64,000 nt of DNA. It comes from Patescibacteria group bacterium. GTDB lineage: Bacteria; Patescibacteriota; Patescibacteriia; JAHIZJ01. A program made the translations under genes and the position numbers. Below, in pieces: positions 8,326-17,623 of the stretch (its first letter is position 1; the number at the start of each line of letters is the position of its first letter). Location of the stretch: positions 164,940 through 228,939 of the forward strand of contig JBAZLK010000001.1 of NCBI GenBank assembly GCA_041650335.1, read 5' to 3'. Below the pieces are notes generated by a model that was not told the origin of the DNA, ran no database searches, and was given only the letters and a program-made list of their open reading frames with translations.

Positions 8326-9861
8326 ATGTCAGTGACCATCTATCGGAAATACCGCCCCCAAAAGTTTGACGAAATCCTCGGTCAAAACCACGTAAAAATT
8401 ACGCTTGAAAACGAAATCACCAGCGGTCGTTTGGCGCACGCGTATCTTTTTGCCGGACCGCGCGGCGTCGGGAAAACAACCATCGCGCGGCTTTTGGCTA
8501 AGTCGATCAATTGCCAGAAGCGCAAACCGGATCAAAGCGAACCGTGCAACACCTGCGAAGCCTGCCAGGAGATCATGACCGGCCGATCGCTTGACCTGAT
8601 CGAAATGGACGCGGCCTCACACACCGGCGTTGATAATGTCCGGGAAAATATCATCGAAAACTCGCGCTTTACGCCGACGCGCTGGCCATATAAGATCTTC
8701 ATCATCGATGAAGCGCACATGTTGTCGCTGGCCGCGTTTAACGCCTTGCTGAAAACCCTCGAGGAACCGCCAAAACACATTATTTTTATTCTCTGCACGA
8801 CAGAAATACACCGTTTGCCCGAAACCATCATCTCACGCTGCCAGCGCTTTGATTTCCGGAAAATCGGCCAGGCCGACTTAGTCAAACGATTGAAGACTAT
8901 TGTCGACAAAGAAAAGGTGCGCGTTGACGATGACGTGCTTGCCCGCATCGCCCGCCAGGGTGACGGTTCATCGCGCGACGCCGAGAGTCTGCTCGGCCAA
9001 ATACTGACGCTCGGGGAAAAACACATCACCGCCGATTTGGTTGAACACGTGCTGCCGCGCTCGAATCTCGAATCGGTTATTTCGCTTTTTGAACATATTG
9101 TAAATCGAAACGCCGCCGCTGGATTGGAACTTTTGAATACGCTGGCGGAAGAGGGCGTGAACATCACCCAATTTTTGAAAGAGCTGGTTGACTTCCTGCG
9201 AAAAATTTTATTGATAAAAGTGCACGGCAGTCTGGATATTTTTGCCTCGCTCGAGTTAACCCAGGAAATGGAAAAATCAACGCTGAACTTGTCGAATACG
9301 ATAGAATTGGACCGACTTGTGAAAGCGATTAATTTGTTTATCAACGCCGAGCGCGACCTGAAATACGCTGATATTCCGCAGCTGCCGCTGGAATTGGTCG
9401 TGGTTGAATTGTGTGAGAGTGAAGAGAGCGGTCCGCCGCCAGCACGCCCGCAGACGCCGCCGTCGTACACGCCACCGCCAGCCGCACCGCCAAGCCAGCC
9501 CACGCAACGACCGACCAAAAAAACAGCCCTGAAAATGACCCTGATGGAAATCATCCAGCGCTGGCCCGAGGTGTTGACGCGAGCTCAAGAATCGTATCAT
9601 ACTCTGGTCATGGCGCTGAAAGTGAGCCAGCCAAAAGAAGTGAATGGTGATACCCTGGTACTGGCGAGTCGCTATCCCTTTTATGCCAAACACCTGAAAT
9701 CGCAGCCGATCCGGCCGAAAATCGAACAGCTTTTGGCGGACGTATTCGGTGAACCAATCCGGATTGATACCGTAGTGGTTGAAGCAAATGAAGAACCCGA
9801 ACAAAAACCCGATCTGATTAACCCGTTATTGGAAACGTTTGGCGGGGAGGTGGTCGGATAA
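8326..9861 (+). CDS. dnaX: DNA polymerase III subunit gamma/tau
   Basis: N-terminus YRKYRPQKFDEILGQNHV...AHAYLFAGPRGVGKTTIARLLAKSINC...CNTCEACQ (zinc module), FIIDEAHML, and a Pro-rich linker PPPARPQTPPSYTPPPAAPPSQP. Confidence 0.9.
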   Translation: MSVTIYRKYRPQKFDEILGQNHVKITLENEITSGRLAHAYLFAGPRGVGKTTIARLLAKSINCQKRKPDQSEPCNTCEACQEIMTGRSLDLIEMDAASHTGVDNVRENIIENSRFTPTRWPYKIFIIDEAHMLSLAAFNALLKTLEEPPKHIIFILCTTEIHRLPETIISRCQRFDFRKIGQADLVKRLKTIVDKEKVRVDDDVLARIARQGDGSSRDAESLLGQILTLGEKHITADLVEHVLPRSNLESVISLFEHIVNRNAAAGLELLNTLAEEGVNITQFLKELVDFLRKILLIKVHGSLDIFASLELTQEMEKSTLNLSNTIELDRLVKAINLFINAERDLKYADIPQLPLELVVVELCESEESGPPPARPQTPPSYTPPPAAPPSQPTQRPTKKTALKMTLMEIIQRWPEVLTRAQESYHTLVMALKVSQPKEVNGDTLVLASRYPFYAKHLKSQPIRPKIEQLLADVFGEPIRIDTVVVEANEEPEQKPDLINPLLETFGGEVVG

Positions 9862-9918
9862 CCCTTCGCTTGCGCCAGGAGTGCTGCGTTTTTTTATTTA
9901 ACCCGTTCTGGATAGAGC

Positions 9919-9946
9919 TCCGGGGTCGTCTAATGGTAGGACGCCA
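9919..9946 (+). repeat. Duplicated 5' fragment (nt 1-28) of tRNA-Gln, followed by an unrelated 9-bp hairpin at 9947-9970
   Basis: TCCGGGGTCGTCTAATGGTAGGACGCCA is identical to positions 1-28 of the intact tRNA at 10031. It is followed by CCCAGTACC-GCATCG-GGTACTGGG. No cloverleaf can be completed. Confidence 0.6.
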
Positions 9947-10030
9947 CCCAGTACCGCATCGGGTACTGGGTGAAGGTTCCTTGCCGCGCACCGCCGCACA
10001 GTATAATATTTATTCATTCGATTTCACAGT

Positions 10031-10101
10031 TCCGGGGTCGTCTAATGGTAGGACGCCAGGTTCTGGCCCTGGTAATCGGGGTTCGAGTCCCTGCCCCGGA
10101 G
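10031..10101 (+). tRNA. tRNA-Gln (anticodon CUG)
   Basis: Hand-folded cloverleaf: acceptor TCCGGGG/CCCCGGA with U1-A72 and discriminator G73 (typical of tRNA-Gln); D-arm GTCT-AATGGTA-GGAC; anticodon arm CCAGG-TTCTGGC-CCTGG (CTG at 34-36); variable loop TAAT; T-arm CGGGG-TTCGAGT-CCCTG. CCA is not encoded. Confidence 0.85.
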
Positions 10102-10151
10102 CTGTGCAATTGAATAATATACCTTAAGACTTTATGTGGCTGGTGTGGGGT

Positions 10152-10193
10152 GGCCCTGGTAATCGGGGTTCGAGTCCCTGCCCCGGAGCTCTG
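10152..10193 (+). repeat. Duplicated 3' fragment (anticodon loop to 3' end) of tRNA-Gln
   Basis: TGGCCCTGGTAATCGGGGTTCGAGTCCCTGCCCCGGAGCT is identical to positions ~35-73(+2) of the intact tRNA and lies ~50 nt downstream of it. Confidence 0.6.
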
Positions 10194-10227
10194 TCCAGAA
10201 ATGTCTAAACTTTAACGTGAGAATTAT

Positions 10228-11154
10228 ATGTATGACCTTCTTATTCTCGGCGGATCAGCGGCGGGCGCCAGCGCGGCGATCTATGCCGCTCGCGCCAAAT
10301 TGAATTTCAAAGTCATCACCAAGGATCTCGGCGGCGAGGTTGCTAACTCAGGGGAAATCGGCAATTATCCCGGTTTTAACGTGACCAACGGCGTAGAACT
10401 TTCCGAAAAATTCGCTGAGCAGATGCGCTTTAATCAGGTTGATATTGAAACAGGTGTATACATCGAACGGATTGTCCGCAATGGAAAAACATTTGTCGTA
10501 ACCGCGAAAGACGATAGTGAACAATCAAAAACCTATGAAGCCAAAGCAATCATCCTGGCTACCGGCGCTCGACCGCGCCACTTAGGCGTCCCGGGTGAGC
10601 AAGAATACTACCAGAAAGGATTGTCTTATTGCACGACCTGCGACGGTCCGCTCTATCGTCGAAAAATCGTGACGACAATCGGCGGCGGCAACTCCGCGCT
10701 TGAGTCGATCCTGATGATGTCGAATTTGGCAAGCCGGGTTTATTCGATAAACATCAATCCGGAGTTTACCGGCGAAAAAGTATATATCGAGAAAGTGAAA
10801 AACCTGCCGAATGTCGTTTTAATTCCCAATGCCCAAACAACCACCATTGTTGGAAACGCCGCAGTCAGCGGAGTTGAGTATTTTGAGAAGGCCAGCGGAG
10901 ATAAAAAAGTTATCGAGACGCAGGGCGTATTTATCCATATCGGAATTCTTCCAAACTCCGACATGGCGAAAGATCTCGGGGTGACGAATAAATTTGGATT
11001 CATCGAAGTGAATACGCTCATGCAGACTGCGGTGCCCGGTTTCTTCGCGGCCGGCGATATCGTTAATATTCCATACCAGCAGATTGCGATCGCGACCGGG
11101 CAGGGGACGACGGCGTTTCTTTCGGCTCAGGCCTATCTGAATAAATGGCAATAA
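10228..11154 (+). CDS. trxB: Thioredoxin-disulfide reductase
   Basis: FAD motif DLLILGGSAAGASAAIYAARA; redox-active CTTCDG (CxxC); NADPH GG motif TIGGGNSALE; C-terminal AAGDI. Confidence 0.8.
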   Translation: MYDLLILGGSAAGASAAIYAARAKLNFKVITKDLGGEVANSGEIGNYPGFNVTNGVELSEKFAEQMRFNQVDIETGVYIERIVRNGKTFVVTAKDDSEQSKTYEAKAIILATGARPRHLGVPGEQEYYQKGLSYCTTCDGPLYRRKIVTTIGGGNSALESILMMSNLASRVYSININPEFTGEKVYIEKVKNLPNVVLIPNAQTTTIVGNAAVSGVEYFEKASGDKKVIETQGVFIHIGILPNSDMAKDLGVTNKFGFIEVNTLMQTAVPGFFAAGDIVNIPYQQIAIATGQGTTAFLSAQAYLNKWQ

Positions 11155-12128
11155 AGAAGACATCCCAGACTCATCAAATAGCGGGCGAGGCGCATAAACC
11201 TCGCCTGCGTCCGTATCGAGTGACGCTTTTTCAGAAGCGCATTTTTCAGTGGTATGCGGTTGAACGGCGCGATTTGCCGTGGCGTCGGACAAGGGATCCG
11301 TATCGGATCCTTGTTTCGGAAATAATGCTTCAGCAGACGCCGGTCGCGAGAGTAGTCGACAAATACAGTCAGTTCACCCGGAAATTCTCGAGTCTTCACG
11401 CACTGGCCCGAGCGCCACGGCGCCAGGTTCTGATTGCCTGGTCGGGTTTGGGGTACAACCGGCGAGCGCTCCAGCTCCAGGCCGCGGCCACGATGGTGAT
11501 AAAAAAACATCACGGCGTATTCCCCAGAACGCGTACTGAGTTGCTGGCCCTGCCCGGCATTGGCGAGGCCACAGCTGGCTCGATCTTGGCGTTTGTCTAT
11601 CGCCAAGACGCCTTGGCATTGGACGTAAATCTGAAGCGGATCATTCAGCGTTTTTTCTACGGCTCGGAATATCGGCAACCGCAAAGCATCCAGGCTATCC
11701 GCGAAGCCGGCGAGCAGACAATCCCGCCTGGCCAGGGGTATGATTGGAACCAAGCCTTGATGGATTTCGGCGCGCTTGTTTGCCGGGCGCGCCAGCCCCG
11801 CTGTTCAATTTGTCCGTTGAAGGCGCGCTGCCAAGCCAGACCGCAGATTAAACGCGATTTGTTTCAATATGTGAGAACAAGGCGCCCTGAACCAGCGCCG
11901 GCCTCGGCGCCAAATGTGCCGAATCGTATTTTCCGCGGCCGGGTAATCGAGCAATTGCGCCAGGCAAAAAAACACCAATTGCCGTTTGGCGCGCTCGCCC
12001 GGGTAGTGAAAAAAGACTATACCCAAACGGACCAGGGGTGGTTTCTCCGTCTTTTATCGGGTTTGGAGCGGGATGGACTTATTACGCTGGGGCAAAAAAA
12101 TAACCGCCGGTCTGCACGATTGGCGTAA
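11145..12128 (+). CDS. mutY: A/G-specific adenine DNA glycosylase (MutY/HhH-GPD family); a C-terminal NUDIX-like domain is not evident
   Basis: FQWYAVERRDLPWRRTRDPYRILVSEIMLQQTPV; HhH LPGIGEATAGSILAF; 4Fe-4S loop CRARQPRCSICPLKARC. Confidence 0.75.
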   Translation: MAIKKTSQTHQIAGEAHKPRLRPYRVTLFQKRIFQWYAVERRDLPWRRTRDPYRILVSEIMLQQTPVARVVDKYSQFTRKFSSLHALARAPRRQVLIAWSGLGYNRRALQLQAAATMVIKKHHGVFPRTRTELLALPGIGEATAGSILAFVYRQDALALDVNLKRIIQRFFYGSEYRQPQSIQAIREAGEQTIPPGQGYDWNQALMDFGALVCRARQPRCSICPLKARCQARPQIKRDLFQYVRTRRPEPAPASAPNVPNRIFRGRVIEQLRQAKKHQLPFGALARVVKKDYTQTDQGWFLRLLSGLERDGLITLGQKNNRRSARLA

Positions 12129-12141
12129 TTCCGTAAGTGTT

Positions 12142-12170
12142 TTGCCGAATCTGGTAAAAAGTGGTAAAAT
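12142..12170 (+). promoter_or_regulatory. Putative sigma-70 promoter for the DUF2207 gene
   Basis: TTGCCG (12142-12147), 17-nt spacer, TAAAAT (12165-12170); ATG at 12184. Confidence 0.35.
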
Positions 12171-12183
12171 AATCTCGATTTGT

Positions 12184-14118
12184 ATGTCAAAAAAAATACT
12201 GAAATCTTTAATATTTGGCCTTTTCCTGGGTATAATTTTTTTGCCCAGGCTTGTGTCGGCAAAAGAATGGCGCTTCACTGATTGGGCGTCCGTTTTTCTT
12301 GTCCAGACGGACGGCTCGGTTATCGTCCGGGAAACGCGAACGATTGAGTTTAAGGACTCATTTACCTGGGTGGAGTCGTATATATTGAAAAATCGGGTTC
12401 GGAACATCACGGATGTCAAGGTTTTCGATGAGCATAATACTGAGCTCACGGAGCCGGACGCCGTCATCACGGACGAGCCGGACCGCGTGAATATCCGGCT
12501 GAATTTTAGTGCCGCCTATGAAACGAAATCCTGGGTATTCCAATATACGATCATCGGCGGCGTTGGTTTTTTTGAAGATCACGACGAGTTGTATTGGAAC
12601 GTGTTGCCGCTTGACCGTGAAGTGCCGGTTGATGCGGTCACGGCTCAGGTGGTTCTGCCGGAAGCCCCGCCCGAGCTTGCTAATTACAAGCAAACTATCT
12701 ATCTTGGGGCGCTCGGTTCAACGACCGAATCCTTGGACTACACATTCCCAGATGATAAAACCATTGCTTTTCACGGTTCCGATATACCAGCCTATGACGG
12801 CTTCACCATCGTTTCTAGCTGGCCGAAGAATATCGTCCAAGATCCGGGCACGGTCCGGCTTGAAGCGCGATTCGGCGATCAGGCGGTTACCGGCAATGTC
12901 TATATAAATGGTCAGTCGGTTAATGACCAGACCCCGTATGCCTATCAATTACTGCCAGCGGATGGTCCAGAGAAGACCATCTCGGTTACCATTAAACGTT
13001 TTGGCTACGTTGCTGAGACGAAAGATGTAACCGTCCATCGCGGAACGACGCAGGCCTATACCTTCGAGCTCCAAGAGGCGTGGTGGTATCGGGCCGGAAA
13101 ATATCTCTTCGCAATCGTGGCCGTCGGTTTGTGGATATTCATCTTTGTCGCGTTTTGGTTGTATTACCGCCGCTGGAAACGCTATGGCCAAGACCCTCAA
13201 GAGAAAAAAACCATTATCGCCCAATATGAACCGCCGAAGAATATGCGGCCAAGCGAAATGGGTACGGTGATCGATGAAAAAGTGCAGACTCGCGATCTCA
13301 CGACCATGATCGTCGATTTTGCGGTCCGCGGCTATTTAACGATCACCGAAATAGAATCGGGCGTCATAAGAAAAAAGAAAGATTACCTCCTGACAAAGAC
13401 GGGCAAAGCGCCGATCGATCTGCTGGCATATGAACGGCATATGCTGGACAGCCTCTTTTCCGGCGTGGCGGAGGAGAAAATAAGCGATCTTCAAGCCGAT
13501 TTCTACCTCCAGATACCGAAGTTGCGCAGCCTGCTCTATCAGGACGTTGCCGAAAAAGGTTATTTTGAAAAACCACCGGATGCGGTCCGACGCCATTACG
13601 CCTGGAAACCGGCCGTGCTCATGAGTTTTGGTTTTTTGGCCGTTATTTTTGCCAGTGCGATCATGCCTTTGCTTATTACGCTGTTCTTGCCACTTGTCTT
13701 TATCGGTTTGATCGGTTTGATCTTTGCCTTTGTCATGCCAAAGAAGACGGTCCTGGGCGCCGAAGCCCACTGGTGGACCGAGGGTTTTAAGCTGTATCTG
13801 TCCACGGCCGAACGATTCCGGCTGGGCGCGATGACGCCGGAAACTTTTGAAAAATATTTGCCCTATGCCATGGTGCTCGGGGTGGAGAAAAAATGGGCGA
13901 ACCGTTTTAAAGATATCGTCATCCAACCGCCAAACTGGTATCACTCCTCCACGGGTTTGACCGGCGCCTTTGTTCTTACTAATTTTACCGACCAGCTGTC
14001 ATCTTTTTCTACGGCCGCCTCAAGTTCTTTAAGCCACTCACCAAGCTCGTCGTCGTCCGGTTTTTCGGGCGGCTTCTCCGGGGGCGGGGGCGGCGGGGGC
14101 GGCGCCAGTGCCGGTTAA
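12184..14118 (+). CDS. DUF2207-family membrane protein: signal peptide, extracytoplasmic domain, TM block and a C-terminal Gly-rich tail
   Basis: Start chosen at MSKKILKSLIFGLFLGIIFLPRLVSA, downstream of the mutY stop and a predicted promoter. Mid-protein TM helices; C-terminus SSSSGFSGGFSGGGGGGGGASAG is typical of DUF2207. Confidence 0.6.
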   Translation: MSKKILKSLIFGLFLGIIFLPRLVSAKEWRFTDWASVFLVQTDGSVIVRETRTIEFKDSFTWVESYILKNRVRNITDVKVFDEHNTELTEPDAVITDEPDRVNIRLNFSAAYETKSWVFQYTIIGGVGFFEDHDELYWNVLPLDREVPVDAVTAQVVLPEAPPELANYKQTIYLGALGSTTESLDYTFPDDKTIAFHGSDIPAYDGFTIVSSWPKNIVQDPGTVRLEARFGDQAVTGNVYINGQSVNDQTPYAYQLLPADGPEKTISVTIKRFGYVAETKDVTVHRGTTQAYTFELQEAWWYRAGKYLFAIVAVGLWIFIFVAFWLYYRRWKRYGQDPQEKKTIIAQYEPPKNMRPSEMGTVIDEKVQTRDLTTMIVDFAVRGYLTITEIESGVIRKKKDYLLTKTGKAPIDLLAYERHMLDSLFSGVAEEKISDLQADFYLQIPKLRSLLYQDVAEKGYFEKPPDAVRRHYAWKPAVLMSFGFLAVIFASAIMPLLITLFLPLVFIGLIGLIFAFVMPKKTVLGAEAHWWTEGFKLYLSTAERFRLGAMTPETFEKYLPYAMVLGVEKKWANRFKDIVIQPPNWYHSSTGLTGAFVLTNFTDQLSSFSTAASSSLSHSPSSSSSGFSGGFSGGGGGGGGASAG

Positions 14119-14160
14119 TGCGTTATTTGTTAAAAAAGCTCACAATATAAATAAAACATC

Positions 14161-15771
14161 ATGAAACGTACGCTCAAACTTTTTCTTCTCCTCGGCGGCA
14201 TCGCGCTTTTTACCGTCGGCTGTCAGCTGCCATTTACAAAGAAAACCGTCACCCTGCCGTTATTAGAAAAGTCGCCCGCAAAAGTAGCCCAGCTGAATAA
14301 GGAAAAAACCGCTGCGATTACCACCAGCCACATTGAAATGACGGCCGACATTACCGGCCGAAACACCAGCACCGCAGCGACCGGCGACATGAGCGGCACC
14401 ATTACGCTGAAGGCGGACACCGACGTCCCTTCTAAGAAAATGCAGGGTTCGCTGACTGGGACAATAAGCGCGTCAAACGCATCGTATAATTTTGGCCTTG
14501 ACCTGCGCTCATTGAATGACGTCGCCTATTTGAGACTGACCACGTTGCCGACGCTGCCCGGCGCCGCGAGCAATGTTTTTTCAGATATAACAAATGTCTG
14601 GTACCGCCTTGATCCGACCGAGCTCCAAAACAGCATATCGGATACATTGGGCGGGATCACCAGTCTCACGCCCGGAATATCGGGAACAAATATCAACACG
14701 AACGGCAATATTAACTCAACAACCAATAGCAATGCGAATTTGAATCTCAACGCCGCCCTGAATACCAATGCGCAGGAAGAAATACTCGAGCGTATCACTG
14801 ATGTAGCGAAGAACGCGAATATCTATTCACTAGGCGATCGTCTGGCCGATGAAAAAGTCAACAATGTAAATTGCTACCACTATAAAATCCTTATAAATTC
14901 GACAGAGATCAGAAAACTCCTGACGGACATCATGGGCGCTGAGGGTGATTTATTCCAAGGGTTTTCGGGTTTCGGCGGAACGACAGTTGATCAGAGCGCG
15001 GCCATCGACGAAGCCATGAAAATTCTGGACGATATGAATGGTGAAATCTGGATCGGGAAAAAAGATTATTATACCCACAAGGTTACGATTAATCTCACCA
15101 CCACTCAGGAGACACAAATTCTTACGGTGAGGGTATCTCTCGTCAGCAGCAATTTCAACCAACCCGTAACGGTCGAGGCGCCGGCTGACAGTAAAAGCTT
15201 CACGGAACTGATGCAAACCGTGATGGCAATTTTTTTCGGAACGCTTCCATCCGATACCAATACGGATTCGACAGATGTCTGGGTGGGTCCAACCTCCGAT
15301 GAACGACAAATAGAGAATATAGAGGCGGTTCAGACGGCCTTGTCACTCTATCATGGTAAAAATGGCGAGTACCCCGACCGTTTGTCGGACGTGACATTGA
15401 TGCTTCAAAACGGCTGCCCGAATATCATAACGGGTGGCTTTGCCTGTGACGTATACACCAGCTTTCGAACGCGCGACGTATTTAACAATCAAACGTACAC
15501 CTACACAAAGACCGGCGATACGTACACGTTGAAATATCAGCTCACGGTTCCTCCCTCGTCTGAATATCAAGCCGGCGAAAATACATTGACGCCGGATTCA
15601 CCAGTAAATGATGATGCGGATCGCGATGGTCTGAATTCCGAGAATGAACTTCTGTATGGTACCGAAAGTAATAAAGCGGACACTGATGGCGACGGCTATT
15701 CTGATGGCATCGAGGTTTTTGATGGATATAATCCGCTCGGTCAAGGTGTCCTGACAAACACATCACTCTAG
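14161..15771 (+). CDS. Lipoprotein with an Asn-rich low-complexity linker and C-terminal Asp-rich calcium-binding (thrombospondin type-3-like) repeats
   Basis: Signal peptide plus lipobox LFTVGC. NINTNGNINSTTNSNANLNLNAALNTNAQ. C-terminal DADRDGLNSENELLYGTESNKADTDGDGYSDGIEV contains DxDxDG motifs. Confidence 0.6.
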   Translation: MKRTLKLFLLLGGIALFTVGCQLPFTKKTVTLPLLEKSPAKVAQLNKEKTAAITTSHIEMTADITGRNTSTAATGDMSGTITLKADTDVPSKKMQGSLTGTISASNASYNFGLDLRSLNDVAYLRLTTLPTLPGAASNVFSDITNVWYRLDPTELQNSISDTLGGITSLTPGISGTNINTNGNINSTTNSNANLNLNAALNTNAQEEILERITDVAKNANIYSLGDRLADEKVNNVNCYHYKILINSTEIRKLLTDIMGAEGDLFQGFSGFGGTTVDQSAAIDEAMKILDDMNGEIWIGKKDYYTHKVTINLTTTQETQILTVRVSLVSSNFNQPVTVEAPADSKSFTELMQTVMAIFFGTLPSDTNTDSTDVWVGPTSDERQIENIEAVQTALSLYHGKNGEYPDRLSDVTLMLQNGCPNIITGGFACDVYTSFRTRDVFNNQTYTYTKTGDTYTLKYQLTVPPSSEYQAGENTLTPDSPVNDDADRDGLNSENELLYGTESNKADTDGDGYSDGIEVFDGYNPLGQGVLTNTSL

Positions 15772-15798
15772 GTCGTTTAAGATCGCATTAATTAACAC

Positions 15799-16893
15799 AT
15801 GGCAAAGCGCTTAATCATATTCCTGATCGCCCTAGCCTGTTTAGCGGGCTTGGTTTCGCTCTGGCCCCGAACGTCCTCGCCCGGTGGTCAGGTCATGGGG
15901 CGCATCGTCAATCGTCAGCCGATCGGTAATCTGGGAACAACCTGGGAGCGTTCGTATATTTCTGACCGCACGGGGCAGTGGAAAATATTTCTTATCAGCA
16001 ACGATCAAGGCGGGGGGAGCGCGATGATACCGGGCAGCCAGCCGCAGCTACTGCCGACTGAAATTTCAAACGGCCACTGGCTCTACTTCACCCAGGAAGA
16101 GGGGTTTTACAAGCTGTGGCGGTTTACGCCCGACAATAATGCCAGTCAATTTATTTTAGCCCTCCGTCACCAGCCGACCAGTCTCGCGGCAACGCGCGAC
16201 GGTCGTTTGGCGGTCTATACCCTGTCTGAAAGTACGCGTACCGACAACAGCCAGCGCACCTTTTTAGTGAAGCTTGAAGCAGCAGAGGTGAAAGAAATTG
16301 TTTCGGGAGCGCGCAGTTTGATATTTTCGCCCGATAATCGGCGGATCGTATACACCACCACCGAAGGATTGTTTTCCTCGGAGATTTCCCGCGAGCTGGC
16401 CGTCGGCGACCCGCTCTCCATCGCCCCGGGCGATATCTACGCACCGACCTATGCGGCCGACGGCGACAATATTTACTATATTGAAAATGTTGAAGGCGAA
16501 TATTTACTGAACCACCTTGACCTGAGGACGGGAACAATCCAAACACTCATCTCACTTGGCGTCAATCCCGGAATAACCGATTGGTCGCTCGAACTTTCGC
16601 CTGACGGCAAAAAGCTTGTTTATTGTGGTTCGGTGGATAAAAGCTATGTTCATACAGTCATCGGCCGCGTTATGGTCGATGGCAGCGGAGAGAAAATATT
16701 ATCTCAAGACGGCGGCGAAGCCCATTGGTCGAAATCGGGACAGCAGATTTACTTTAATTCGCTTGAGTTTACGTCGCTTGGCCCCCGCTTGCAGATTTGG
16801 CGCATGGACGAAGAGGGAAATAATCGGGAAGCGGTCGCCTGGGAAGGGAATAATTGGCTGAGCCAAGTACCGCGGCCGATCCAGTCGGATTAA
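15799..16893 (+). CDS. Secreted PD40/WD40-like beta-propeller repeat protein (TolB-like)
   Basis: N-terminal TM/signal. Repeated SPDNRRIVYTT / SPDGKKLVY / SKSGQQIYFNS-type motifs characteristic of TolB-like propellers. Confidence 0.5.
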   Translation: MAKRLIIFLIALACLAGLVSLWPRTSSPGGQVMGRIVNRQPIGNLGTTWERSYISDRTGQWKIFLISNDQGGGSAMIPGSQPQLLPTEISNGHWLYFTQEEGFYKLWRFTPDNNASQFILALRHQPTSLAATRDGRLAVYTLSESTRTDNSQRTFLVKLEAAEVKEIVSGARSLIFSPDNRRIVYTTTEGLFSSEISRELAVGDPLSIAPGDIYAPTYAADGDNIYYIENVEGEYLLNHLDLRTGTIQTLISLGVNPGITDWSLELSPDGKKLVYCGSVDKSYVHTVIGRVMVDGSGEKILSQDGGEAHWSKSGQQIYFNSLEFTSLGPRLQIWRMDEEGNNREAVAWEGNNWLSQVPRPIQSD

Positions 16894-16908
16894 GTACTGA
16901 ATCGCGTT

Positions 16909-17619
16909 ATGGCACGAGTCTATCCTAAAGCACAGACCAACCAGGCGAACAAAAAGTCCGACCGGCGCCGGCCGCGCCGCCGTTTTTGGCTAGGGCCGAG
17001 AAGTTGCTTCGGCCAGTTTATATTTGTACTGGTATTGATCGCGCTCGGTCTGGGTATTGCTGTCGCGCGGACCGGTTTAGTAACTATACCGATTCTCACG
17101 CCATTGTTTTATCATCCGGTCGAGCCAACCCGGAAAGTGCAATGGAACCGAGCCGAGCTGCATAATATCGGTCCGACGCTCTCAGAGATTTTGGAGCAAT
17201 ACCGGTCTGAGGGGCGCCTCGACCTGCCGCTGTCCGAGGAGAATCTGACCAAGCTGTTGCAGGTGGCGCTGGTGGAGCGCGAGCAACCAACCCTCCAAGA
17301 CATCCAGGCGGTCATTGAACCGGACGGGATCGAGGTCTCTGGTCAGTTGCAGTCGTCCCGTTATCCCTATCATTTTGACCTGACGGTTTGGCCGACGGTT
17401 AAAAAAGGAAAGATTATTTTTTCTGTCCGCCGCGCCCGCCTTGAACGCGTTCCGTTGCCGGCCTCGCTGGGCAATACGATCGTCCATAATTATCTCGCTG
17501 CCTCGGAAAACGCCCTTAATCGCGCCCTGAACCAGTATCTCGAGGTTTCAAAGATACAACTGTCGTCTCGAACGGCCATTGTCACCGGACGCGTCCTTCA
17601 GTCACGGCTCCCATTTTAA
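16909..17619 (+). CDS. Hypothetical single-pass membrane protein with a basic N-terminus
   Basis: ORF with KKSDRRRPRRR followed by the TM FIFVLVLIALGLGIAVA. No known domain. Confidence 0.45.
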   Translation: MARVYPKAQTNQANKKSDRRRPRRRFWLGPRSCFGQFIFVLVLIALGLGIAVARTGLVTIPILTPLFYHPVEPTRKVQWNRAELHNIGPTLSEILEQYRSEGRLDLPLSEENLTKLLQVALVEREQPTLQDIQAVIEPDGIEVSGQLQSSRYPYHFDLTVWPTVKKGKIIFSVRRARLERVPLPASLGNTIVHNYLAASENALNRALNQYLEVSKIQLSSRTAIVTGRVLQSRLPF

Positions 17620-17623
17620 ATCT

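Noticed and set aside
8532-9554. 340-aa ORF antisense to dnaX
   Set aside because: dnaX on the plus strand has an unambiguous match (Walker A, zinc module, Pro-rich linker). The antisense ORF is low-complexity (S/R/G-rich) and typical of antisense reading in GC-moderate coding DNA.
9889-9899. T-tract after dnaX as an intrinsic terminator
   Set aside because: No convincing GC-rich stem directly precedes the T-run.
9919-9999. Possibility that the upstream tRNA-like fragment is a second functional tRNA, or an intron-containing tRNA
   Set aside because: After position 28 no 5-bp/7-nt anticodon arm or T-arm can be formed. The sequence folds into a 9-bp hairpin instead, and it is too short for a group I intron.
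12073-12183. Upstream start (12073) for the DUF2207 gene
   Set aside because: It would overlap mutY by 56 nt. A promoter-like TTGCCG-17-TAAAAT and a signal-peptide-type N-terminus support the ATG at 12184.
15280-15370. GspG/pseudopilin-like motif (QTALSLYHGKNGEYPD) in the lipoprotein
   Set aside because: No class III prepilin signal or N-terminal hydrophobic helix precedes it. The similarity is short and probably fortuitous.
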